NCBI GenBank assembly: GCA_045629725.1
Contig: JAZQRT010000095.1
Location: 1 to 37,436 of the forward strand
Origin: Eubacteriales bacterium
GTDB taxonomy: Bacteria; Bacillota; Clostridia; Oscillospirales; CAG-272
DNA length: 37,436 nucleotides
Direction: 5' to 3'
A program made the translations under genes and the position numbers. Under the pieces are notes generated by a model, which saw only the letters and a program-made list of their open reading frames with translations, was not told the DNA's origin and searched no databases. Every line of letters begins with the position of its first letter. The first letter of the stretch is position 1. Positions 9,919-18,501 of the stretch are shown here, piece by piece.

Positions 9919-12900
9919 TTATAAATTTTCTTGATAGCCTATAGGAATAAAGAACAATAGAGGATTAAGTGGGAAGTCGTTCCATTTAGTTGCATTTGCC
10001 CGTCCAATTTCGGTTTCTTTTAATAGAAAAATTCCATAATGCAGATGTTGGTCATAGTCTCCGCCGGTATCCCCCGATGTTCCCAACCATTGTCCGGATG
10101 TTACCGTTTCACAATCATCAATGTCTGTGTTGGTTTCACTCCACAAATCCATATTTACATCAGTCATATGCATATATACTATGCAAATAAAGTATTCAGA
10201 ATTCTCTGATAATTGTAATCCTGTATTAATTACAATTACATTTCCTGCATTAAGATAGCCATCATATGAATCTTCATCATCGCCTGTAGCTGCAGCATAT
10301 ATAACTTTTCCTCCTATCGGACTATACAAATCAATTGGTTCATCTGTAGTATATAAATCTACACCTCTATGAACATCTGTTTTTTTTGCACCGCTTTTTA
10401 ATTTATAGGTTCTTGGCCCAAAATCACTTGTAAGAATTAATTCCTCGCCTGCTGCAAAAGGTCTGGAAAATCCAAATTCACTGCATTTTTCTTCAATTTC
10501 TGTATATAAGCAAGTATATATGTTAATATTGGAGTTAAAAACGTTAGTATCAAAATTATCAGGATTAAGTGCCTTATACTCATAATCAGATAAAGTCCAA
10601 GTTTGCATGGTAATTACATCTGTTGAATTTGGTTCAGGAGTGGTAGGATATAGTGGATCTAATCTGACTGCAATACCCTCTCCTCTATCGCTCAAATAAA
10701 TAGGAGAGCTTGATGCATGATACTTTATATGGAATTTTCCATCACTTCGAAGAATAAAATCAAACAACATACTGTTTAAATCATCAGTATTAATGCTACC
10801 ATCTTGCTTTTTGTAGATATCCATAACCACAGTATCGTTACTTTTACGTGCTGCTGCTCTGTGTTCTCCGTTAGAACTTGATATTGGCATGATTCTATAT
10901 GAATCAGTATTTTCGTCTAATACCAATCTAAACCCATACATATCTCCGTAAACTTCCGATTCAACTTCAAACAATCGAGATGAATTCAATGTGCTTGGGT
11001 CTTTTTTGTATTGCCATAATGCTTCCAAACTTGCCTCACGTGTATCTTTTCCTGTAGAAAGTAGCATTGCCGTATCATATCCCGATCTGTTTCTTAACAC
11101 CAAATTAGAATTTTTTACACTCGATAATGTCGCCACCTCAGGAACATAGTAGTTCATCATTTTCCATTGACGTTGTGCAGATGTTGACTGTGACCCCGTT
11201 GTGTCAAGACCATATGTGAAGTTGCCGCTATTATCAGTTTTTGCATACAGATAACGATTTTGTGCAACGTTCTTTATGAAAAATCCATCTGTTGTTTTTG
11301 TAACAGTCCAAAGCTGTGACGTATCAGATGATGAAGAAGTACGAGTTGCCAATGACACTGTTCCGTTTGAATTGGCACTTAAACACATATTGGAGTTTCC
11401 ACCCGGCACAATTCGGTACATTTGGTTTCCTGCCAAAACAAATTTCCAAGGTTCTTCTTTGATTATATACTTTGACATATTCAGAACTCCTGCAGACGAT
11501 ACAACCATAAAACCATCCGCAGATGCATTAGCAATAGACGTATATGCGTTTTCAGTCTTTTTGATTTTCCACTTGTATTGATTATTGTTTTCGGAATTAT
11601 CGATGGATATTTTGCCGGTATAGGTGCCGTTTGTGGTATCAATATACAGTTTATTACCATATTGTTCATTGATTATATAACAAGTATCACCTTCGACTGT
11701 AACGTACCAAAGTGCTGATCTTACGGTAGTGTTTGTAACAAGAGAAACAGAACCATCTTGTGATGCACTCAGGCACACTCCGTTATAAAGCACAGGTGCG
11801 ATACGATAGGTTCCCGTACCTATGGGAATGAATTTCCACAAACTTTCTTCCGTTATAAACACTGCTGTTCCAAGGGTTGTGTTGGTCTCAGATGTCAAAT
11901 AACGCTCTGTTTCAGGGTTATAAAGTGTTGTCTGCAGGTTGTTGAGTCCTTTAGGTACATAAGTTATAGAAGTTTTAGGGCGTTCCGAACTTAGTGTAGC
12001 CCTTGAACTGTGGAATACAACGTAATTTTGTCCGAACCTTACAGTTGTTTCCGAAGAATCTCTTATAATATAACCATCACCACAGTTTCTATATTCACTT
12101 GCAGGCAATTCAAAAGTGTAGGAAGTTTTTGCATTTGATGAATTATACTCTATTGCTCCAAGGAATCCCGAAAACGTATAATTGTTATTGTCAAAATCCG
12201 CTTCACCGCCGATTTTTGTAAGCTCAAGAAATCCGCTTCCATAAACCGATGATGCCGATAAGATAAGTCCTGTACCGACAACTGTATTTCCCTCGGGTAC
12301 TGTAGGGTATTCAGTGGGCTGGATATAAGTACGATAATAATATGCTGTTGATGATGTATTATACGCTTCCATACCTGCCATCAAATATCCGTTAGTAACA
12401 ACAGAAGTAGTACCGCCACCTGACATACTATATTTATCCGTTATATTACTGTTCATCACGCTGCCTGTTGCAGGGTCAAAGGTCACGGGATATACTCGCT
12501 CCGGGGAATTGCGCCATTCTCTGTCGGGAACGTAGCTTACAGTCCACACGCCGCCGCTTTCACTTGCGCTGACCGCAACTGCGGGGCACACGGAGCCTGC
12601 CGCGTCATACATATAGGGAGCGGCAACGTAAAATACTGCCCCACCGTCCTCACCGTAAAGAATGAGAGAGCCGTCCTCGGAAACGGACAGGGAAAGTCCC
12701 TCCATTGAATATGTCGTTTTGATGGACGAGTAATTTGCAGGGGATGCAAATATAATGTTTTCCTTCAAGATATTTCCGTCAACGATATACTCTGAGGAAA
12801 TACCTGCGCCGTAGGTGTTTTTGTATTCCAGCTTTGATGTCAGCTCGGGAACCTCAAAAACTGCGGCATCATTTTTAGATTTTCCTTTAAGCTCAACCTT

Positions 12901-13368
12901 TTTGTTATTCGTGACCTCAAGGCTTGCGGTCTTAAGTGAAGCTTCGCGTGTTGCAGAAGCACTGAGTGAGAGTACCTCAACTGTTGTATATGCTTGCAGT
13001 ATATTACCTGCTTTATCCTCCAAGGAATAGCTCGGTTGGTTTGCTTTGTTAGCGAATGATACCTTGAAATTGGGATTTCCTGCAGTTCTATACACGCCCT
13101 TTGAACTATTATATTCAAGAGTGTTGTCAATAGTCACGTATTTGCCGTTATTATCCAAATAATGAACGTCCTCGGGGAATGAGACCGCCATGACGCTTCC
13201 GTCCGAGCAAAGAAAATGCTTTTCGTTTGATCTTCTGAGTTCTGTCACTTCGCTTACAACAAGCGCGTCGGTCTTTTCCTGTGCCGTAACACCGAGAGTT
13301 GGGCAAAGGGGAAGAACAAATGACATTACAAGGATAAAGGATAAAATTTTAAACTTAGTCTTTTTCAT
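9919..13368 (-). CDS. Large secreted multidomain protein: Rhs/WapA-type N-terminal region, ricin-B-like beta-trefoils, C-terminal M23 metallopeptidase
   Basis: Signal peptide; KHFLCSDGS...VHY...IDNTL, LKENII, APYMYDA, ERVYPVTFDP; QxW-type repeats (ESLW, SALW, QYKW, SQLW, QRQW); M23 motifs TSDFGPR, HRGVD (10357-10371) and HLH (10039-10047). ATG 13368 lies 8 nt from AAGGAG. Confidence 0.85.
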   Translation of the reverse strand: MKKTKFKILSFILVMSFVLPLCPTLGVTAQEKTDALVVSEVTELRRSNEKHFLCSDGSVMAVSFPEDVHYLDNNGKYVTIDNTLEYNSSKGVYRTAGNPNFKVSFANKANQPSYSLEDKAGNILQAYTTVEVLSLSASATREASLKTASLEVTNNKKVELKGKSKNDAAVFEVPELTSKLEYKNTYGAGISSEYIVDGNILKENIIFASPANYSSIKTTYSMEGLSLSVSEDGSLILYGEDGGAVFYVAAPYMYDAAGSVCPAVAVSASESGGVWTVSYVPDREWRNSPERVYPVTFDPATGSVMNSNITDKYSMSGGGTTSVVTNGYLMAGMEAYNTSSTAYYYRTYIQPTEYPTVPEGNTVVGTGLILSASSVYGSGFLELTKIGGEADFDNNNYTFSGFLGAIEYNSSNAKTSYTFELPASEYRNCGDGYIIRDSSETTVRFGQNYVVFHSSRATLSSERPKTSITYVPKGLNNLQTTLYNPETERYLTSETNTTLGTAVFITEESLWKFIPIGTGTYRIAPVLYNGVCLSASQDGSVSLVTNTTVRSALWYVTVEGDTCYIINEQYGNKLYIDTTNGTYTGKISIDNSENNNQYKWKIKKTENAYTSIANASADGFMVVSSAGVLNMSKYIIKEEPWKFVLAGNQMYRIVPGGNSNMCLSANSNGTVSLATRTSSSSDTSQLWTVTKTTDGFFIKNVAQNRYLYAKTDNSGNFTYGLDTTGSQSTSAQRQWKMMNYYVPEVATLSSVKNSNLVLRNRSGYDTAMLLSTGKDTREASLEALWQYKKDPSTLNSSRLFEVESEVYGDMYGFRLVLDENTDSYRIMPISSSNGEHRAAARKSNDTVVMDIYKKQDGSINTDDLNSMLFDFILRSDGKFHIKYHASSSPIYLSDRGEGIAVRLDPLYPTTPEPNSTDVITMQTWTLSDYEYKALNPDNFDTNVFNSNINIYTCLYTEIEEKCSEFGFSRPFAAGEELILTSDFGPRTYKLKSGAKKTDVHRGVDLYTTDEPIDLYSPIGGKVIYAAATGDDEDSYDGYLNAGNVIVINTGLQLSENSEYFICIVYMHMTDVNMDLWSETNTDIDDCETVTSGQWLGTSGDTGGDYDQHLHYGIFLLKETEIGRANATKWNDFPLNPLLFFIPIGYQENL

Positions 13369-13494
13369 TTTCAAATCTCCTTTTTATTAATTTTCTGTCA
13401 ATACGGAGACTTCAAATGCTTGACGAACAAAAATGAAGCCTTGTGTGAATCATTGACGCACAACTCTCGGCACATTCACACAGGCGCGCCGAGG

Positions 13495-13521
13495 CTATGA
13501 AAAATTATTCTCGCTTTCCAT
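13495..13521 (-). other. Leader micro-ORF MESENNFS in the 5' UTR of the M23 gene
   Basis: AAGAGGTGA Shine-Dalgarno sequence followed by ATG, just downstream of the predicted promoter. Confidence 0.4.
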
Positions 13522-13553
13522 TTTTATCACCTCTTACTTTTATTTCCAATTAA

Positions 13554-13582
13554 AGTATAACAAAAACATATTCGTTTGTCAA
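13554..13582 (-). promoter_or_regulatory. SigmaA-type promoter for the M23 operon
   Basis: TTGACA-17 nt-TATACT with TG extension. Confidence 0.75.
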
Positions 13583-13623
13583 TACGTTTATTGTGCGTTT
13601 TGAATATTTTTTAACAACAAATA

Positions 13624-13652
13624 TTGACAGTATCACTTTAAAATGATATAAT
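13624..13652 (+). promoter_or_regulatory. Consensus sigmaA promoter of padR operon
   Basis: TTGACA-17 nt-TATAAT with TG extension; back-to-back with the M23 promoter. Confidence 0.85.
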
Positions 13653-13679
13653 ACAACTAATAAATATGGAGGAGCGGTT

Positions 13680-14054
13680 ATGAAACCTTTTGACGTGAGC
13701 GATATTGAAGAAAATTTAAAACGCGGAATGCTTGAAATGCTGATCTTGAAAGCTCTGTGTGAAGAAGATCTTTACGGATATGAGATGGCAGACATCATCA
13801 ACAGTAAAAGCGGCGGGAAGATCAACATCAAAGAGGGCTCTTTATACGGTCCCTTATATAGACTTATTGACAAAAACTGTATCTCTGAAAATAAGGTTTT
13901 GGTCGGAAAAAGAAGAACACGAATCTATTTTCACATTGAGGAGAGGGGCAGAGAATATCTGCAGATGTTAACCGAGGTTTATTTGAGAATGAACGAAGGG
14001 GTAATGCAGTTTATCAGCGAAAAGGAGACTACAAATGAACAAGATCAACAATAA
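13680..14054 (+). CDS. PadR family transcriptional regulator
   Basis: LKRGMLEMLILKAL, LYGYEM, EGSLYGPLYRL, RRTRIYFHIEERG. Confidence 0.93.
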   Translation: MKPFDVSDIEENLKRGMLEMLILKALCEEDLYGYEMADIINSKSGGKINIKEGSLYGPLYRLIDKNCISENKVLVGKRRTRIYFHIEERGREYLQMLTEVYLRMNEGVMQFISEKETTNEQDQQ

Positions 14055-14409
14055 AATTATAAAGTCCTATGTAAAAGAGGTTACAAAAGAGCTTAAATGC
14101 TCTAAAATGCTGACCTCGGTTTTCCGCAAAAGGTTTATGGATGAGATATACAGCTTTGCAGAAGGACAGGAAAACATTTCCTATGAATTCCTTTCTGAGC
14201 GTTTCGGTACTCCCAAAAAGGTTGCCGACAGTTTTCTTGAAAGAGCAGACTATGAAGAACTCCTTAAGCTTTCAAAGAAAAGAGAAGTTTTTTGGAGATG
14301 CGCTGCCATAATCGGCTTTGTAGCGCTTGTTATTGTAATTATATTCTTTGCAATATGTATGCATGAAGCAGCCGGAACGATAATTGTTACAGGTCCTATT
14401 ATTGAATAA
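14035..14409 (+). CDS. Small PadR-associated membrane protein (HAAS/DUF1700-like helical domain plus one TM helix)
   Basis: Y..EV.KEL...RFGTPKKVA motif then a TM helix; overlaps padR by 20 nt. Confidence 0.65.
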   Translation: MNKINNKIIKSYVKEVTKELKCSKMLTSVFRKRFMDEIYSFAEGQENISYEFLSERFGTPKKVADSFLERADYEELLKLSKKREVFWRCAAIIGFVALVIVIIFFAICMHEAAGTIIVTGPIIE

Positions 14410-14456
14410 AAATTCAATCAAATCTATAACAAACATACTTTTTTAAGGAGGCATTT

Positions 14457-14948
14457 ATGAAAAAATTTGTTTTATCCATTACACTTATCTTTTCACTGTT
14501 TTTGACATTTTCTGTGTCAACCGCAGCAGCAACACCCTTGACAACCACTTCTAAGACTGAGGACAGTGCTACTGTAATTCATTACGAAGACGGAAGCAAG
14601 CTTACAATATCTGCTCCGATAGTTGAAGATGTATACAGCAGAGCTACATACACAAAGTCAGCAAGTAAAGATGCAAGATTTGAAGATTCCGACGGCAATA
14701 TCGAGTGGGAACATACCTTACACGCAACGTTTTCATACACCTATGCTTCCTCTGCCGTTTGCACCGATACATATTATACTCAGACGATCTATGAAGGTAA
14801 TTGGACGTTTTCAAACGGTGCCGCAACAAAATCCGGCGCAACCGCAACAGGCGCAGGAAATTATGTAAAAAAGGTGCTCTTTGTGACCGTTAAAAATATT
14901 AAAATTGATATCTCTTTGACTTGTGATAAATACGGAAATATTACATAA
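14457..14948 (+). CDS. Secreted hypothetical protein (beta-rich, two Cys)
   Basis: Signal peptide ending TAAA, AAGGAGG RBS, C-terminal LTCDKYGNIT. Confidence 0.8.
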   Translation: MKKFVLSITLIFSLFLTFSVSTAAATPLTTTSKTEDSATVIHYEDGSKLTISAPIVEDVYSRATYTKSASKDARFEDSDGNIEWEHTLHATFSYTYASSAVCTDTYYTQTIYEGNWTFSNGAATKSGATATGAGNYVKKVLFVTVKNIKIDISLTCDKYGNIT

Positions 14949-14961
14949 TTAATTGAATAAC

Positions 14962-14997
14962 AAAAACGCTTACCTCATTTTAAAGGTAAGCGTTTTT
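14962..14997. terminator. Bidirectional terminator between island and leuS
   Basis: AAAAACGCTTACCT/AGGTAAGCGTTTTT perfect inverted repeat. Confidence 0.85.
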
Positions 14998-15026
14998 CTT
15001 ATGGAAAAAATCTTTTTATTAAAGAT

Positions 15027-17429
15027 TTATCTTACAACGATGTTAACGAGCTTGCCGGGGACAGCGATCTCCTTAACGGTGGTCTTGCCATCGATCCAAG
15101 GCTTGATCTTTTCGTCGGCACGAGCGGCGGCGATCATATCCTCCTTGGTAGCGTCCTTTGCGATCTTGATGGTACCGCGGAGCTTTCCGCAAACCTGAAC
15201 CGCAACCTCGATCACGGAGTCGATAGTCTTTGCTTCATCATACTCGGGCCATACGCTGAGGCTGAGGAGGTCCTTTTCGCCAAGGGACTCCCAAATTTCC
15301 TCTGTAAGGTGGGGTGCGAAGGGACAGAGAAGCTTGATGTAGGTCTTGCACTGCTCTGTGGTGATGGAGCCTGCCGCACCGATATCATTGATAAGTGTCA
15401 TGAGAGCGGCAATAGCGGTGTTGAACTTCATTTCCTCGATATCGGAGGATACCTTCTTGATGGTCTTGTGGAATGCGCTTTCAAGAGCCTCGCCGGACTT
15501 TGTATCGTCGATCATGGAAGGAAGCTCTGCAACTCTTTCAAGGAATCTCTTACAGCCTTTAACACTGCTGTCGGACCAAGGAGCGGCAGAGGAATAGTCA
15601 CCCATAAAGAGGATATATGTTCTGAGTGTGTCTGCGCCGTATTCGTTGATAACGTCATCGGGGTCAACAACGTTTCCGAGGGATTTACTCATCTTGGAAC
15701 CGTCAGCGCCAAGGATCATACCTTGTGCGGTTCTCTTTGCATAAGGCTCCTCGGTGGGAACTGAGCCGATATCGTAGAGGAACTTGTGCCAGAATCTTGA
15801 ATAGATAAGGTGACGGGTTACGTGCTCCATACCGCCGTTATACCAGACAACGGGCATCCAATACTTAAGCTTTTCGGGGACTGCAAGGCAGTCGGGATTG
15901 TGGGGGTCGATGTATCTGAGGAAGTACCATGATGAACCTGCCCACTGAGGCATTGTGTCTGTTTCGCGCTTAGCAGCAGCGCCGCACTTGGGACACGTGC
16001 AGTTTACGAAGCTTTCGATCTTTGCAAGGGGGCTTTCTCCGCCTTCGCCGGGCTCAAAGTTTTCAACCTCGGGAAGAACAAGGGGAAGCTCCTCATAAGG
16101 AACGCCAACGATTCCGCACTTGGGACAATGAACAAGCGGAATGGGCTCGCCCCAATATCTCTGACGGTTGAACGCCCAGTCCTTCATCTTGTACTGTACG
16201 CCTGCTTTACCGATACCCTTTTCTTCAACAAATTCAAGAACTCTCGCAATAGAGTCCTTCTTGTTTGTGAAGCCGTTGAGGAACTCGGAGTTAACCATCT
16301 CACCGTCACCTGTATAAGCGGCAACGGAGATATCTCCGCCCTTGATTACCTCGATGATATCTATACCGAATTTCTTTGCGAATTCGTAGTCACGCTCGTC
16401 GTGAGCGGGAACAGCCATGATCGCGCCTGTACCGTAGCCCATCATAACGTAGTCGGAAATGTAGATCGGGATCTCCTTGCCGTTTATGGGGTTGATTGCT
16501 GAAAGTCCTGCAAGGCGTACACCTGTCTTTTCCTTAACGAGCTGAGTACGTTCAAATTCTGTCTTCTTTGCACACTCAGCGCGGTATGCTATAACCTCGT
16601 CCATGTTGGAGATGCGCTCCTGATACTTGTCAATAAGGTTGTGCTCGGGTGCCATAACCATAAATGTAACGCCGAAAAGTGTGTCGGGACGAGTTGTGTA
16701 AATTTCAAGAGTTTCTTCTGTGTCCTTAAGAGTGAAGTTTACAAAAGCACCTGTGGACTTACCGATCCAGTTCTCCTGCTGCATTTTGATGTTGGGGAGA
16801 TAGTCAACGCCGTCAAGACCTGTGAGAAGTCTGTCTGCATATTCGGTAATACGGAGATACCATACGTCCTTGGACTTCTGAACAACGTCGCTGTGGCAGA
16901 TATCACACTTACCGCCCTGTGAGTCCTCGTTGGAAAGAACTACCTTACAGGAGGGGCAGTAGTTTACAAGTGTCTTATCTCTGAAAACAAGTCCGTGGTC
17001 AAACATCTTGCGGAATATCCACTGCGTCCACTTGTAGTAATTAACGTCTGTGGTATCAACTGTTCTTGTCCAGTCAAAGGAGAAACCAACCTTTTTGAGC
17101 TGACTTGTAAAGTGAGTGATGTTTGTGTCAGTTACCTGTCGGGGGTGAACCTTATGCTTGATCGCATAGTTTTCTGTGGGAAGACCGAATGCGTCAAATC
17201 CGATAGGGTAGAGAACGTTGTAGCCCTGCATACGTCTTTTTCTTGTGATAACCTCAAGACCTGAATATGCCTTGATGTGACCAACGTGCATACCTGCTCC
17301 GCTGGGGTAGGGGAATTCGATGAGTCCGAAGAACTTGGGCTTGTCGCAGTTATCCTTTGCAAGGAAAGCGCCTTCGTCTTCCCATCTTTTTTGCCACTTG
17401 GGCTCTATTGATTGAAAATCGTACTTCAT
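15027..17429 (-). CDS. leuS: Leucine--tRNA ligase
   Basis: FPYPSG, HVGH (HIGH motif), YTTRPDTL editing domain, RQRYWGEPIP, KMSKS. Confidence 0.98.
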   Translation of the reverse strand: MKYDFQSIEPKWQKRWEDEGAFLAKDNCDKPKFFGLIEFPYPSGAGMHVGHIKAYSGLEVITRKRRMQGYNVLYPIGFDAFGLPTENYAIKHKVHPRQVTDTNITHFTSQLKKVGFSFDWTRTVDTTDVNYYKWTQWIFRKMFDHGLVFRDKTLVNYCPSCKVVLSNEDSQGGKCDICHSDVVQKSKDVWYLRITEYADRLLTGLDGVDYLPNIKMQQENWIGKSTGAFVNFTLKDTEETLEIYTTRPDTLFGVTFMVMAPEHNLIDKYQERISNMDEVIAYRAECAKKTEFERTQLVKEKTGVRLAGLSAINPINGKEIPIYISDYVMMGYGTGAIMAVPAHDERDYEFAKKFGIDIIEVIKGGDISVAAYTGDGEMVNSEFLNGFTNKKDSIARVLEFVEEKGIGKAGVQYKMKDWAFNRQRYWGEPIPLVHCPKCGIVGVPYEELPLVLPEVENFEPGEGGESPLAKIESFVNCTCPKCGAAAKRETDTMPQWAGSSWYFLRYIDPHNPDCLAVPEKLKYWMPVVWYNGGMEHVTRHLIYSRFWHKFLYDIGSVPTEEPYAKRTAQGMILGADGSKMSKSLGNVVDPDDVINEYGADTLRTYILFMGDYSSAAPWSDSSVKGCKRFLERVAELPSMIDDTKSGEALESAFHKTIKKVSSDIEEMKFNTAIAALMTLINDIGAAGSITTEQCKTYIKLLCPFAPHLTEEIWESLGEKDLLSLSVWPEYDEAKTIDSVIEVAVQVCGKLRGTIKIAKDATKEDMIAAARADEKIKPWIDGKTTVKEIAVPGKLVNIVVR

Positions 17430-17456
17430 AATAGTCTTTGCCTTTCTGTATATTTA

Positions 17457-17855
17457 TCAGTCCTCTGTAACGATGTCGGAAATATCCACTTCCGTTGCTT
17501 CGTTCCAAAGCTTTTCGAGATTGTAGAAATTACGTGCTTCTCTGTTGAAAATGTGGATAATAACGGGACCGTAATCCATGCATACCCAAGAAGCCTCGTT
17601 GTAGCCTTCAATAGACATAGGTTTTACGGAGCATTCGCCGAGCTGGAACTCAAGCTCGCCTGCATAACCCTTGATCTGTGTGTTGGAGTTACCTGTGCAG
17701 ATAACGAAATAATCTGTAATGGTAGTGTGATCCTCAACGTGAAGAAGCTTAATGTTCTTTGCTTTTTTTGTATCGAGAATTTCAATAGCTGCTTTTGCAA
17801 CTGCGAGGGAATCCTCGGGGGAAATTTCTCTGGGAACGAAAATCTTGTCTTCCAT
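17457..17855 (-). CDS. rsfS: Ribosome silencing factor RsfS
   Basis: DTKKA, TDYFVICTG, EG..WVCMDYG, REARNFYNLEKLW. Confidence 0.95.
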   Translation of the reverse strand: MEDKIFVPREISPEDSLAVAKAAIEILDTKKAKNIKLLHVEDHTTITDYFVICTGNSNTQIKGYAGELEFQLGECSVKPMSIEGYNEASWVCMDYGPVIIHIFNREARNFYNLEKLWNEATEVDISDIVTED

Positions 17856-17868
17856 TTTATTCTCCTTA

Positions 17869-18501
17869 TTATTTGTTTTTCTGATTTATTTTGTTTTCAA
17901 GGTCTTTTTTTGCTTCAAGCATCAAAAGATTCAAGTGACCGCCGCTTTCCTTTATGTGGTTTTCAGTGTTGATAAAATACCTGTACAGTGCCTCGTTTAT
18001 AATATCCTCGGCGTTATCGACGGTGATATTATCCCAAAGCCACGCTCTTAACTCCCTGCAAGCAGGATATTTTCTCGTCTTTTCCGTGTAATCCGCAAGA
18101 CAGAGGATCTTTTCCGCAAGGGTCATATTCGGTCTTCCGACGGTATGTGATGCGATAGCTTGAGCTACCTCGCCACTTGCAAGCTCGGGATATTTTTCCA
18201 CTGCATACACGCTTCCCGTGAGGGAGTGTATCGTCGGCGGTGATTTTATAAATTCTTCATGTGGTATTATACCACGTTTTTTACAAAATTCAAGATGTTC
18301 TTCAAAAGTTAACAAGTGGGTTATATCGTGTAAAATAGCGGATACTCTGAGATCGAATAATTCTTTTTCTCCAAATCCTGCCATTTTGCCAAGCTCCGCA
18401 CATTCCTCCTCGCAGGCAAGGATATGGAATATCCGTTTGCCTACTGCTGAGGACACCTCGGTGCGTAGCTTTTCGAGCTTCTTTTCAAGAACGATATTCA
18501 T
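17869..18501 (-). CDS. yqeK: HD-domain Ap4A hydrolase YqeK-like
   Basis: R..H, LHD, HSLTG, HTVG, LADYTE; located upstream of rsfS. Confidence 0.85.
   Translation of the reverse strand: MNIVLEKKLEKLRTEVSSAVGKRIFHILACEEECAELGKMAGFGEKELFDLRVSAILHDITHLLTFEEHLEFCKKRGIIPHEEFIKSPPTIHSLTGSVYAVEKYPELASGEVAQAIASHTVGRPNMTLAEKILCLADYTEKTRKYPACRELRAWLWDNITVDNAEDIINEALYRYFINTENHIKESGGHLNLLMLEAKKDLENKINQKNK

Noticed and set aside
12462-12492. PVTFDPATG as an Rhs PxxxxDPxG autocleavage motif
   Set aside because: Spacing does not match and there is no Rhs core; it fits the usual YPVxxDP end of the N-terminal region.
13368-13521. Stop readthrough from the micro-ORF into the M23 gene (same frame)
   Set aside because: Four in-frame stops intervene (TAG, TGA, TAA, TAA) and the main gene has its own RBS and signal peptide.
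8609-15026. Island as a prophage, ICE or transposon
   Set aside because: No integrase, transposase, tRNA or flanking att-like repeats seen.
15840-15890. Odd residues at usually conserved sites (LeuS PVVWY; also TypA HFPTD, MBOAT LYSRF)
   Set aside because: Isolated substitutions with no consistent codon pattern; cannot separate natural variation from consensus error, and no sign of recoding.
17430-17456. T-box leader for leuS
   Set aside because: Only 27 nt separate rsfS and leuS.
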